The notes under the pieces were generated by a model. It saw only the letters and a list, made by a program, of their open reading frames with translations, searched no databases and had not been told where the DNA came from. A stretch of DNA of 62,071 nucleotides, the filler included, from Stramenopiles sp. TOSAG23-6 (taxonomy: Eukaryota), in the NCBI GenBank assembly GCA_900128565.1. It is 3 parts of 3 records of this genome, joined end to end, with 100 filler letters (N's around TTAATTAATTAA, not from the genome) between each part and the next. Parts side by side here need not be neighbours in the genome. Positions count along the whole stretch, not along the records: positions 1 to 20,676 come from LT636034.1; 2 more parts are not named here. One strand, 5' to 3'. The position numbers and the translations under genes were made by a program. Positions 1 to 10,723 of this stretch are shown here, piece after piece. The first letter of the stretch is position 1. Each line of letters starts with the position of its first letter.

Positions 1-70
1 TTTTTTCATACGAAATTTCGTACCTAACAAATTTTAGTTTTTTTTTTTGAAATATTTTTTCACAATACGC
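1..70 (+). mobile_element. Introner-like intron, 3' part (contig starts inside it); inferred end …CACAATACGC
   Basis: CATACGAAATTTCGTACCTAAC core plus TTGAAATATTTTTTCACAATAC tail; coding sequence follows. The exact end is inferred by analogy with complete copies. Confidence 0.75.
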
Positions 71-3000
71 TCTTCATGTGAAGAAGCAGAATTTAGCTCT
101 AAGAATTCATCTCGTGCTTTGGAGGAACTTTCTCATCAAATGATTCGAACTCGGAAAGAATTTTCCGCTACTCAACATATTGCTGTACAAGCACAAGAAG
201 ATGCTCGAGCAGCACAGGCAGAACGAGATATGACAATTATGAAATTTGATCGAATGGAAAAAGCATTTTCTCAGTATCAGGAGGATCAAATCATTGAGTA
301 CCAGATGCAGAAAAAAGAACATTTTAAAATTGAGGAATCTTTGAGACATAAGTTAAATACATTGCGTAGTGTTCACGAGTTTGTGAAGGATAAAGAAGAA
401 AATAACGATAATCATTTCGAAACCAATGAGAGTATACATTCTATTGACCGTCATCCTATAGAAATAAAACGGCTTCGTCTACTTGTGAAAGAAAATAAAA
501 AAGTCTCAGATGGACTTGAAGCTCATGTAATGAAACTTCAACGAGTAGAAAAAAAACTTTTGACTGAAATATCAATTATGAAAAATATTTTTGCAGAATA
601 CAAAGTTATACGCAAATGTCATGCAGGTTCTTTATTGTCTAAAATTCAAAGGTACCAGGAAGAATTAGTTATTAAAGCCGATAAGGCGATGCAACGTGAA
701 AAATTACTTGTACAACGTATTGAAAAAGTTATTTCTAAAGAAGAAAATGCGAAGAAACAAGTTCAAACTTTACGACATGAGCTTTCTTCTACTCTTGAAG
801 AGTTATCTAAAATGAAAATAATAGTTGAAACACCTAATGTAGAAGACCTAACTACAGATGACGTTAAGGCTGCGTTGAAGAACCGTTCGAATCAAGATAT
901 TATGTGTGAAGTGTTTGCCCTAAAAAATATACATGCATCGTTACTAAAGAGAATAGCTGATCAGCAACGCCATCATAACGAGATAATGTTTCATTTGGCC
1001 CAAACTTTTGTTGTCACTACTCCAAGAATTTCAAATTTGATAAATGTGGAAAATCAAGAAAATGAGAAAAATATAGAAAATCAAGAAAATTTCAACTATC
1101 CAATTACAATCACGAATACAGGTAAGAAATATTGGAGGAACGAATTTGATCAGCGATTAAAGATAAACTCGTTGCAGAAGAATATTTTTGCTATTCAGAC
1201 TAAATCATCTAATCAAATGACATCATTGATAGAAGCTAATGTAAATATTGCCATTCTGAAGCAGTGGAAAGCGAATAAAATTGCTCAATGTGTGGAAGAC
1301 AAAAAGATTGACAGGGCTGTGATGCATAGACAATATGAAAAGTGTAGGCCAATACATGATAAATCAATAACGAGTAAAGATAGAAATATGTTATCAAATG
1401 AACTTGAAAAAGCGCGAAATGAAATTAGTTTATTAAAAAATGAATTATCAATCAAAAATACTGCTTTTGTAGAACTTCAACAGGGGATGAATCGAATGAT
1501 GGATGCGGCAGTGTCTCAATTTTGTGTGAATCATGCATCATTAAGTACAATTGAAGATGATGATTCGAAATTAAAGTTTGTTCAATCAAGTTTCGATAAT
1601 GACAAGGATAAAATTCGTCGCGTGTTGATTTCTCTGGATAGTAGAATAACTCTTGAAGAAGCGAAAATAAAATCTTTAAAAGATGCGAAAATTTTAGAAA
1701 GTTCATTACAAGACTTAAAAGAAGAAACTGAAAAGTTGAAAAATAGTAAAGTAAAGAACGAAGCAATGATAAATGATCAAATAAACGAAATTGAAGAGAT
1801 GCGTGAAGCTATTCATACATCAGAATCATCCTTTTTGAAATTAGGAAATGAAAATGCTCAACTTTGCAGAAAAATAGAAAGCGTCGAGTGTAAAGCGGAA
1901 CAACAATTACAAATTTCTAATAATAATTTGTTAGAATATGATCAAAAATATCAAAGAAATATTTCAATGGAAAATAAAATGTGTATTGAATATGAAGATA
2001 AATTATCTGCAATGGAATCCTTACGAAATAAAGCTCAGTTAGCGTTTGAAAAAGCAACTGAGCAATATGAAAGAGACAAAAAACAATTGGAAGAAAATTC
2101 AATAATGATGGGAAAACAATCTCAGATTGAATTAAATGAAGTTATTGAAACATTGAAAAGAGAAAATGTTCAATTATCAATGAAGTTGTGTGATGTTGAT
2201 TCAAATCGTATAGGTATAGATTCTAGTATGTTAATCAAAAATGAAGGAAAGGATAATCTAAAAGAAATAAGTGCTGAGTGTGGTCGTTCACTAGATGATT
2301 CAAATTTTGCCCAAGCAAATCGTGAACGCAATGCAATGTTAGAAAGAGTCAAAGATTTACAAATGAGATTGGAAGAACTTCAAATGCAAATGACTAAAAT
2401 TAAATCCCTAAACAAGAATCTTTCTATATCCAACTCTGACTTAAAAACGCGTCTCGATGATGCGAAATCAGAATCTCAGAGGGTTATACTTGCATTACAA
2501 AAAGATAATACAAATATTTGTCGAAAGATGATGAAATTTAATAATGCAGTGAAGATAGCAGCTCAACTTGCGACAGATGTCGAAGGAAGTATGACAAAAA
2601 TTCATGACAAACGTGAAGTTATTAGTCTTAAAGGAAATGTACGTTTTCATGATGAATTTCAGAATTATTTTTTTTTCATACGAAATTTTGTACCTAACAT
2701 TTTTTTGANANATNTTTTNCACAATACATGCCTCAACACTTGTTGATCAAGCACTTCAAGAAATCTCCACATTTCATGTTCAAACATCAAACATTTTGGA
2801 TGAATCTATTGAGATATCCGATAGATCAGATAGTGAAAATATTTCTGGTGATGCTTTTAGTTCATCATCACTAATAATGAGTGATCTTAAAAAAAAAGAA
2901 AATGTATACTTGAATAATTCACAGAAATCAATTATTATAGATCCATCATTTACATTGAAGCAGCAACGTATGATAAAGATTGTCATTCAAGCGCTTCGAC

Positions 3001-4653
3001 ATTCAAATGTAGAATTTGAGCGAATGAAAAATGCGTACGTAGAATTTCAAAAAATACAACACCAGAAACAAAAAATAGAAAAACAATTAAAAAAAAAAAC
3101 AATAGAGTTTGAGACGAAGCTATCATCAACAGAAAAAAGTGCAAAAATGTTTGCTAACCGAGCTGTTAAAGCAGAGCTTGAAGAATTGCGCGTTGCTTTA
3201 CGAGAAAGAAATGCCCAGCGCAAGGAGGCACGTACATTTTCAGAAATGAATTTTTACCTACAATTGTTTAACTATCAAAATTTTGTGCCTAACAAATTTA
3301 TTTATTAAAAACAATATTTTTTCAAAATACATTTGAGTCTTTAAAACGTAAACAATTAATCATACAAGAAGCGAAAAGTAAAGCAAACAATGCAATCGCT
3401 CAAAGAGATGAAGCTATAGAAAGAGCGATGCGTGCTGAATTATCACTCAAATTATCCAAAACTGAAAAAGACCGTAGAAATAGTCGAATTATTGAAATGA
3501 AACATCACGAAAAACAATCAGTACAAAGGGCTGAAGCTGCTGAAGCGACTGTTGTGAAACTCACAGACAAAATAAAGGCGTTACAACACACTTCGAGTAG
3601 ATCCAAAATAAAGGCTCAAAGGTTGAAAAAACAACTTGAGAAACAGTTAGACGACATTGCAAAGGTTGATGTATATGAAAAAGAATGTAAAGAATTAAAT
3701 AATCGTATTGAAAAAATCAGACTAAAAATGCAATGCATTTCAAAACGTTTAAAATTATCTGAGAGTAAGAGAAAAACTGCCGAGAATAAAGTGGTGGAAT
3801 TAAAAAAAACTCATACGAAAACAAATATATGTAAATCTCGTAAGTATAAGAAAAATGTACAAAATAAAAAAACTGAAAATAAATCTGAAAATAAATCTGA
3901 AAATAAATCTGAAAATAAATCTGAAAATAAAGATTTTCAAAATTCAGACATTGATTCGATACAATGTAAATTAGAGACTGCTGAGAATCGTATTGAGGAT
4001 TTATGTGGAGCAATCATTGCAATGATTTCTGCAATAATGTTTGGTAATTCACAATTACAACACCAATTATTACACAATACGGAAAATAAAGGTAACAAGT
4101 TTGAATCATCAGCTGATCATTTACTTCAATTACCAGTAGAGCAAGTTGATACATGGGTGGAAGATTCTCTCAACAAACATTCGCTTCTCTTGTACGTTTT
4201 CAAAATTGATTTTTTACATATATTTTTTTACGCTGAAAGTTGTGTACCTAACAAATCTTTTAAACCAAAATGTTTTTTTCACAATACTTACTACATAAAG
4301 TCCAGACGGCTCTATCTAACATGCAAATAGACGAGGCTGTGCTCCAAGTAGTACTTGCTGATATTATAGAAGAAAGAGTTCGTTTACATTTAGCAGCTGA
4401 TATTGCCGATGTTGCCTTGGATGACGAAAATATACATATTTCTGAGGAGGACATGAAATTTGCATCAGATCGATTTAAAACCGCAGCTTCATTGCGCAGA
4501 TATGAAAATCTTGTCATTCGCATGCAAGATCAATCTGCCTTGGAATATAAAGAAAATCAAAAAGCATTTGAACAATACGAGGATCAAATTAAAATACTCA
4601 AAGAAGAGAAATGGGGATATCCTCCAACTAATAAGTTGCCCTATAGAAAATAA
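71..4653 (+). CDS. Large coiled-coil protein, 5'-partial; exons 71-2638, 2730-3231, 3333-4191, 4290-4653
   Basis: Four consecutive E/K/Q-rich ORFs join in frame once the three repeat-family introns are removed (KGN|ASTL, EA L|ESL, SLL L|LHK). Confidence 0.75.
2639..2729 (+). mobile_element. Introner-like GT-AT intron (91 nt, phase 0)
   Basis: AT|GTACGTTTTCATGATGAATTTC…TACGAAATTTTGTACCTAAC…ACAATACAT|GCC; removal restores the frame. Confidence 0.85.
3232..3332 (+). mobile_element. Introner-like GT-AT intron (101 nt, phase 1), diverged core
   Basis: AC|GTACATTTT…TTTTGTGCCTAAC…TTCAAAATACAT|TT; removal restores the frame. Confidence 0.8.
3873..3931 (+). repeat. 12-bp coding tandem repeat (CTGAAAATAAAT x~5, ENKS)
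   Basis: Visible directly in the sequence. Confidence 0.9.
4192..4289 (+). mobile_element. Introner-like GT-TT intron (98 nt, phase 2)
   Basis: TT|GTACGTTTT…GTGTACCTAAC…TTCACAATACTT|A; the frame is restored when one TT copy is removed with the element. Confidence 0.8.
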
Positions 4654-4901
4654 TCTTCTTTAAAATGTAAATAAATAATTTCATTGTGTATACAATCACT
4701 TAAAAAAATTAAAAATCACCTTAAGCAAGAAAACGAATTCTTTCTTTTTTTTTCTTTGTTTTGCTTCTTTCTTCTTTTTCAAAAATTCGAAAAACGTTGA
4801 CTGAAAAGTTGTACCTACTGTATTCATTAGTTAAAATAATGTATTAGAATGTATACGATAAGTTTGGCTGTATTCATTGTATTCATATTCTATCCATCTT
4901 T

Positions 4902-5816
4902 TCAGTTGATGATCATAAATATGGAAATCATTACACTTGCCTGAACGAAGAAAATACAGCACATCAAGTTGACAATAAATCGTTGTGAACGACGGTAGCG
5001 CATTTCTTTCTCATAAACCAATCTCCGATCTCTATCACGTGAATTTTCATCCAACCCTTGACCATATCCAAGTTTTAATCTAGTTTCATGTGCTTTCGCG
5101 ATATAACCCACTTCTACACTATTGTACTTGTCATTTATATTTTTTATACCAACGAGAGATTTTATTCCTTCCCTTTTTACTGCAATCTCAAATAGATTAG
5201 TTTTATTATGATCATTAAAGTATTTGTTTACATTTTTTTTCAGCTCAGGAAGAGAAACAATCTCACGTACGGTAAAAACGACATTGCGCAGGAGGGGATG
5301 CACACCCGATGCTTTTTTGGGATCTTCATTTGCACAAAATAAACGAACAAGGTAAACACCGTCATTTACATTTTCTTCAATGAGTCGCATAAGAGTGCTT
5401 CGGTTATAAGCTTGTGTGAGACTCTCTCCGGTTGTCCTCGTGCCGATGGAAACAGGATCAACTAATGCATCACCAGTAATAAAATCGATATACTCATCCG
5501 GCATCACGTCCTCGAATTTTTCAAGATCTTCTATCGTTTTTTCTTCAGCTTCAGGGTAAATACGCCCCGTGCGGGAAATATTCTTTGAAATAACAACAGC
5601 TTCCACTGGATTCTCTACATCACCTGAATTGTCCATAACTGCTCTAGTTATAAGGGGCTGCGTTACACGTGGATCCCTTAACGAGGTGGATTTTTCTTGC
5701 ATTTGACTGTTCGCTGTAACTGCACTGACTTTACCGACAGAAGTTCCAGAACTACATATTGAAAAGACAATTAATAGAATTAAGATAATGAATTGCGGAT
5801 GATAGAAACATAACAT
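4902..5816 (-). CDS. U-box-like protein with hydrophobic N- and C-terminal segments
   Basis: MPDEYIDFITGDALVDPV…AYNRSTL…HPLLR…LPELKKNVNKY resembles the U-box consensus; C-terminal TM-like stretch. Confidence 0.55.
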   Translation of the reverse strand: MLCFYHPQFIILILLIVFSICSSGTSVGKVSAVTANSQMQEKSTSLRDPRVTQPLITRAVMDNSGDVENPVEAVVISKNISRTGRIYPEAEEKTIEDLEKFEDVMPDEYIDFITGDALVDPVSIGTRTTGESLTQAYNRSTLMRLIEENVNDGVYLVRLFCANEDPKKASGVHPLLRNVVFTVREIVSLPELKKNVNKYFNDHNKTNLFEIAVKREGIKSLVGIKNINDKYNSVEVGYIAKAHETRLKLGYGQGLDENSRDRDRRLVYEKEMRYRRSQRFIVNLMCCIFFVQASVMISIFMIIN

Positions 5817-6109
5817 TCTTCAAACTAAATCGATTCAATTAATCAGAAATATTTCAATGATTTACTTCTTTGGCTTTGGTAAATGTTACGGGTACCGTAA
5901 GGATACTGACTTGTTGTAGCACGTGACCAGCGCGCCGGCCATGATTTTTTATGTTGGCCACATGTGGACATTCGAAAAATTCGAAATTCAATCGAGATCG
6001 AGATCGCACTCGAAATAAAATCTAAAGCAAAATTTGGTGCATTTCATTTGATTTATGACTTATGTTTATTTCAACAACAAAATAAAGTCAGCAAAATTGC
6101 TCATGTCAC

Positions 6110-7348
6110 TTAAATTTTCTCTACGGTAGGAGTTTTTCCCACACTTTTATCACCAGTAGTGGGTCCAGCCTTGTTTTTTTTCCAAATAAATCCAGAATTA
6201 ACATTGAGCACAGGATCTCCTTTACCACCCTTTTTTAACTGCCAAGCAGTCACTTTAGCAAACTCAGTACCTTTCACTTGTTCAAGATATTCAAGAAATT
6301 TCTTCACTTCTTGAGGGAGAAAAACACCAAATGCGTCATATGAATACTGTCTTAAATTATAACGATAATCCTTCGTGTACTCTTCAATGGTCTTCAACTG
6401 CTCAACAGGTGGGTGCTCAATAAATCCATCACTATTTTTTGTATAGGTAATGTGAAATCCATGATCAATAATGTCTTTGAATTTGCCTTCTGTAGTAAGA
6501 GAGTAAGGATCCGGTATATATTTCCACTCTTGATACTTTTCATCCCATTCGTAAGAAACGTCTTTTTTGTACATCTCATCCTCTGGATCTCTTATTGGGT
6601 CAAGGAAGTTCCAAAGCCAAGGACCATCGTCTATGTCTTCCAAAGTGAGTTCATCTTCTTCNTCTTCTTCAGAGATTGTTGAGGAAACGTCATCTTCTAG
6701 TTCAGGAATTTTCCATATTTTGGCTGTTTTGTCCCAAACATGCTTAGCGTCATTATCATTCAGTTTGTAGTACTCCGGTCGTGCATATCGATTGTTCCTT
6801 GGGTTGTCCAGTGAGTCGTATTTTGGATCCCACACCCATCTTTCAACCCTTTTTTCATAAATAAGTTTTTCATCCTTAATATATTTTTCATTTTCAGGAT
6901 TTGTAATATCATCCGTGGAATATCTCCAAGACGGGAATCTATCTTGAAATTTTTGGTGGAAAGCGTTGTGAATCAGATCGTCAATTTTATCACTGTCTGG
7001 ACACATAGAAGCGAGAGAATCTTTTAAACTCTCTTCCACGGCCTTCGCTTCGTTCTCAATTTCTTCTAGAAGCTTCGTTTCATAAACTTGCCTCTCTTCA
7101 TTCAATCCTTTATGGAATTCTTTCATCTGCTTTCTGGTCATTTTTTCTTCGAAAGGTCTCATCATAAACTCAGATTCTAGTTGCTTCAACTCAGCGTCAC
7201 TTAACTTTGACCTTACATCAATAGTTTCTGGTTCTGGAGCAGGTTCGACTAAAACTCCGTCATTTTGTCCATTACGTAGATTAGTTGCGCTTAGCGTTGT
7301 TGTTGCCAAAGCTAGCGCGATGAACGCAATTGTGGATGATTTTCCCAT
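6110..7348 (-). CDS. Hypothetical secreted acidic, Trp-rich protein
   Basis: Signal-peptide-like start MGKSSTIAFIALALATTTLSA; 412-aa ORF with no recognised domain. Confidence 0.6.
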   Translation of the reverse strand: MGKSSTIAFIALALATTTLSATNLRNGQNDGVLVEPAPEPETIDVRSKLSDAELKQLESEFMMRPFEEKMTRKQMKEFHKGLNEERQVYETKLLEEIENEAKAVEESLKDSLASMCPDSDKIDDLIHNAFHQKFQDRFPSWRYSTDDITNPENEKYIKDEKLIYEKRVERWVWDPKYDSLDNPRNNRYARPEYYKLNDNDAKHVWDKTAKIWKIPELEDDVSSTISEEXEEDELTLEDIDDGPWLWNFLDPIRDPEDEMYKKDVSYEWDEKYQEWKYIPDPYSLTTEGKFKDIIDHGFHITYTKNSDGFIEHPPVEQLKTIEEYTKDYRYNLRQYSYDAFGVFLPQEVKKFLEYLEQVKGTEFAKVTAWQLKKGGKGDPVLNVNSGFIWKKNKAGPTTGDKSVGKTPTVEKI

Positions 7349-7571
7349 TTTTGTGTCAAGACTCAATAAACTTAGTGGTGTCGTATGTGGTGGGTGGCCA
7401 GAGTTCGTTAATTTTGCTACTTTAAAATTAAAAAAAAATTCAGTGTGTGGTCGTGTCGCGAACGAATCAGCCGTTTGAATATTCTATTTTAACCGTCGAG
7501 CACTCTCCAGCTAGTGAAGTGGTAATATATCTTATCAAATAAGATACCTATATATTGATACATTCATTAGT

Positions 7572-10500
7572 ATGGCTACCAAGAGCTTAGAAGATTGGGA
7601 AGATGAGCAGAAAGCACAGGAAGATGATCTTTTATATTTTGAAAAAACTTACTTGAAAAAAGACGACATAAAAGAAGAAGAAAAAACAGAAATACAACGG
7701 GACGACTTGCTAGATTCGAGTCGTAGTACAGAGCAAAAAGAATATGACCCAATATCACGAATCAAATTTCAAGACAATTTACAAGAGCACATTAATCGCG
7801 TAGTAAATGATGTTGCAGATTCAGTTGCGCGATCTTGTCTTGTGCCTAAAGATGACGAAGATGTAGTAGTCCGTGGAACTCTTCATCGAGCGAGAAATTT
7901 GCTCGCTTTAGATGGAGCGATAAATGCATTTATCATTATTTCTTTTGTTGAAGCAGTACCTCAACTTTCAAATAAGGATCCCAATAACAACATGCGTAAT
8001 TGTTCTCCTAAAAATAGTGTCATGTTTAGACCAAAACGGGAAGTTCATCGTACAGAAATTATAAGAGATTGTATACGAGGAAATCCAACGTGGAAAGACG
8101 GCACTTTTAATTACTCAGCAAAGAGAGCCAAACCTTCAAGCTCACAAGATATTCCAAAATTGGGAGAATTGTTATTTTCTTTATATGATAATAAGAATGG
8201 AAAATATAACGAATTTATTGGTCAGGTTCATATACCATTAATATCCCTATTATCGCCGTCTTTGTCGACACCAGGTTTATTACACGGTTGGTTTCCGCTG
8301 AATCAGAACCGTTATAAATCTAGCCCACGGAAGAGTGTAACAACTAGTGACCATGACAATATTGGCGAAATTGAATTAACTTTACGATTAGGTGCTAGTG
8401 TGGGTAATGAACAACTCGCTGCTCGTGCTGCAGCTGCATTAAACCAAACTGGTTTTCATTATAACAGAATGTCGAAGACCAGTACAGATGAAACAAAACA
8501 TAAAAGTGTTGATGTTTCAATCGATACCGGAGATACTTTGCGGAGTGATGAACATGTACTTCTTGTTGATTCGATGAATACACCTATAGCTGAAATTGAT
8601 ATTGAAAAGCAAATGGCTATAACGAAAAAACGTGTAAAGCAATCGGCTAAAGTCATTCCTCTCTCAGATGGAATCAAAAAGGCTCGAGCAGGTATTCTGC
8701 CTCAAAAAGAAGTTGCTAAAGCTGACATACAAGTCGATAAGAAAGATGACAAGAAAACGATAAAGAAAAGAAATCAACGGAGAAAACAACAGGGTCGGGT
8801 AACTGGTGCTTTAGTTGCTGAATATACAGCCGATGGGAAACCATCTGGGCGATCTAGACGAATGTATCCCGTGGAAGTTCGAGGCCCTGGGATATCAAGA
8901 AGGAGAAGAGAGTCGAGACGTATCAAAAGAGAAAATGAAAGAGCCGAACAAAGACAAAAGGATCCTTCATGGGCATCCAGTAAAACAGACTCAAATGTAA
9001 ATGGGAATCCTCAGGCTGATGAAAACAAAGCCAAAGTAGAGCTACATCATGCTAAGCTCCGAAATATGAAAAATGCAAAGATTAAACAAGAAAATAGACA
9101 ACAAAGAAAACGACTGAAGAAAATAGCACGTCCAATCCCAGGGACAAGAAAGAACAACAAGAAAAAAACATCAAAACTTCGAAAGTCTCCAAAGGGTAAT
9201 AACCAAAATGAAAACCAAAGTGAAATGACGTCAACGGAAATTGAAAGGGCAGGGTTTGAATCTGAATTAATGCGGCTAAAAGTTCTTCGAACGAAGCTTA
9301 AAACAGAAATTAAACATTTGACCACTCGTATTGGAAGTGTCAAGAAACACTCTAGGCGACTACGTGCAAAAGCAATAATGGGTGAAAAGTTTGCAAAAGT
9401 TGTTCGTTCTTCGAGCACACAAAGTAAAACTAGCCAATTAGGTGAGAAACGGCTTTCCAAAACGACACCAAATACAACACAAATAGTGTCTTTGAAGATA
9501 AAACTTGCATATCAACGTGATAAGCTACAAAAGGGTATCGAGAACTTTGACAATACATTAGCAGGTCTGCGGAAATCTCACCAGGATGTAAAAGAAATGA
9601 AAGAAATGCAAAAAAAATTGGAATATGACATTGCATGCGCACAAGTTCGAAAGAAGTGGACAGCAGCGCGAAGAATGTATGAATTCAAAATCAAAAACGG
9701 TATCAATACATCTGATTTGGTATGGCCTCCAAAAGGTATCGATCCACTACTTGTTCAGGAACAAACCGAAATTGATAAAGTAGCAGCAAATATTTTAGAA
9801 CTGAGAAAAGCTGCTGCGAAAGTAAACATAGCCGAGAATAGGAGAGATTTTAAATTACAAAGAGACATTGAAGGACTTAAAGTTGAAGAAGGAAATACTG
9901 AAAGTACACTCACGAAATTAAAACAGTCCTTGTCTAATGTAATGACTGAAAAGAAAAATGCGGCTGAAGAATTAGCAGAGCTGGAAGAACTCGATGAAAT
10001 AGTTCAATTGAAAAGATTTTTACGTATACTTCAGCAAGCTGTTATGCAAAGTGGTTCGCCAAGAGCGAAGGATCGATGGAACAAAAACCAAATGACATCG
10101 AGGGCGCAGAGGCGAAAACAAAATTTTCAGCAAGAGTCCTGGAAATTAGGTGAAAACACGACCCTAACAAATCTAACCGAGGAAAAAACTTTGAATGATC
10201 ATATAAACGTAGCTGATACCGAAGCTAAGGCAAATGCAGTAGAAGCTGATACAAAAATAGATGTACCTGAGAAAAATACAGTAAATGAACTTCCAGTAGA
10301 AGCTGATACAAAAATAGATGTACCAGAGAAAAATACAGTAAATGAACTTCCAGTAGAAGCTGATACAAAAATAGACGTACCTGAGAAAACTACAGTAAAT
10401 GAACTTTCAGTAGAAGCTGATACAAAAATAGATGTACCAGAGAAAACTACAGTAAATGAACTTCCAGTAGAAGCTGATACAAAAATAGACGTATCTGAGA

Positions 10501-10667
10501 AAACTACAGTAAATGAACTTCCAGTAGAAGCTGATACAAAAATAGATTTACCAGAGGAAGGTATCAGCGATAGCGACTGTCTAAATGATGATGAACTTTT
10601 TGAAACAGTTGGATCACGCACAAGTATAAGTGGAGAATCAAGTGAAGAAGATATATTTGCTAGATAA
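7572..10667 (+). CDS. C2-domain plus coiled-coil protein with C-terminal 19-aa repeats
   Basis: HRARNL…NPTW…LFSLYD…EFIGQVHIPL…WFPL…GEIELTL is a C2 pattern; intronless 1031-aa ORF. Confidence 0.7.
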   Translation: MATKSLEDWEDEQKAQEDDLLYFEKTYLKKDDIKEEEKTEIQRDDLLDSSRSTEQKEYDPISRIKFQDNLQEHINRVVNDVADSVARSCLVPKDDEDVVVRGTLHRARNLLALDGAINAFIIISFVEAVPQLSNKDPNNNMRNCSPKNSVMFRPKREVHRTEIIRDCIRGNPTWKDGTFNYSAKRAKPSSSQDIPKLGELLFSLYDNKNGKYNEFIGQVHIPLISLLSPSLSTPGLLHGWFPLNQNRYKSSPRKSVTTSDHDNIGEIELTLRLGASVGNEQLAARAAAALNQTGFHYNRMSKTSTDETKHKSVDVSIDTGDTLRSDEHVLLVDSMNTPIAEIDIEKQMAITKKRVKQSAKVIPLSDGIKKARAGILPQKEVAKADIQVDKKDDKKTIKKRNQRRKQQGRVTGALVAEYTADGKPSGRSRRMYPVEVRGPGISRRRRESRRIKRENERAEQRQKDPSWASSKTDSNVNGNPQADENKAKVELHHAKLRNMKNAKIKQENRQQRKRLKKIARPIPGTRKNNKKKTSKLRKSPKGNNQNENQSEMTSTEIERAGFESELMRLKVLRTKLKTEIKHLTTRIGSVKKHSRRLRAKAIMGEKFAKVVRSSSTQSKTSQLGEKRLSKTTPNTTQIVSLKIKLAYQRDKLQKGIENFDNTLAGLRKSHQDVKEMKEMQKKLEYDIACAQVRKKWTAARRMYEFKIKNGINTSDLVWPPKGIDPLLVQEQTEIDKVAANILELRKAAAKVNIAENRRDFKLQRDIEGLKVEEGNTESTLTKLKQSLSNVMTEKKNAAEELAELEELDEIVQLKRFLRILQQAVMQSGSPRAKDRWNKNQMTSRAQRRKQNFQQESWKLGENTTLTNLTEEKTLNDHINVADTEAKANAVEADTKIDVPEKNTVNELPVEADTKIDVPEKNTVNELPVEADTKIDVPEKTTVNELSVEADTKIDVPEKTTVNELPVEADTKIDVSEKTTVNELPVEADTKIDLPEEGISDSDCLNDDELFETVGSRTSISGESSEEDIFAR
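10237..10556 (+). repeat. 57-bp coding tandem repeat, ~5.6 copies (VEADTKIDVPEKxTVNELP)
   Basis: Visible directly; period 57 (10239, 10296, …). Confidence 0.9.
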
Positions 10668-10723
10668 TTTATTAAAAGAAATAAATTCTAAATTCCAAAT
10701 CATGTGTACTTTATAAACTATTT

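Noticed and set aside
2637-2727. Reading the elements as U12-type AT-AC introns
   Set aside because: Works only where the exon ends in AT. It fails at 44124 (destroys GKST) and elsewhere, and the U12 donor ATATCCTT is absent.
10237-10556. Regular repeats resembling a CRISPR array
   Set aside because: No unique spacers; it is an in-frame coding minisatellite in a eukaryotic gene.
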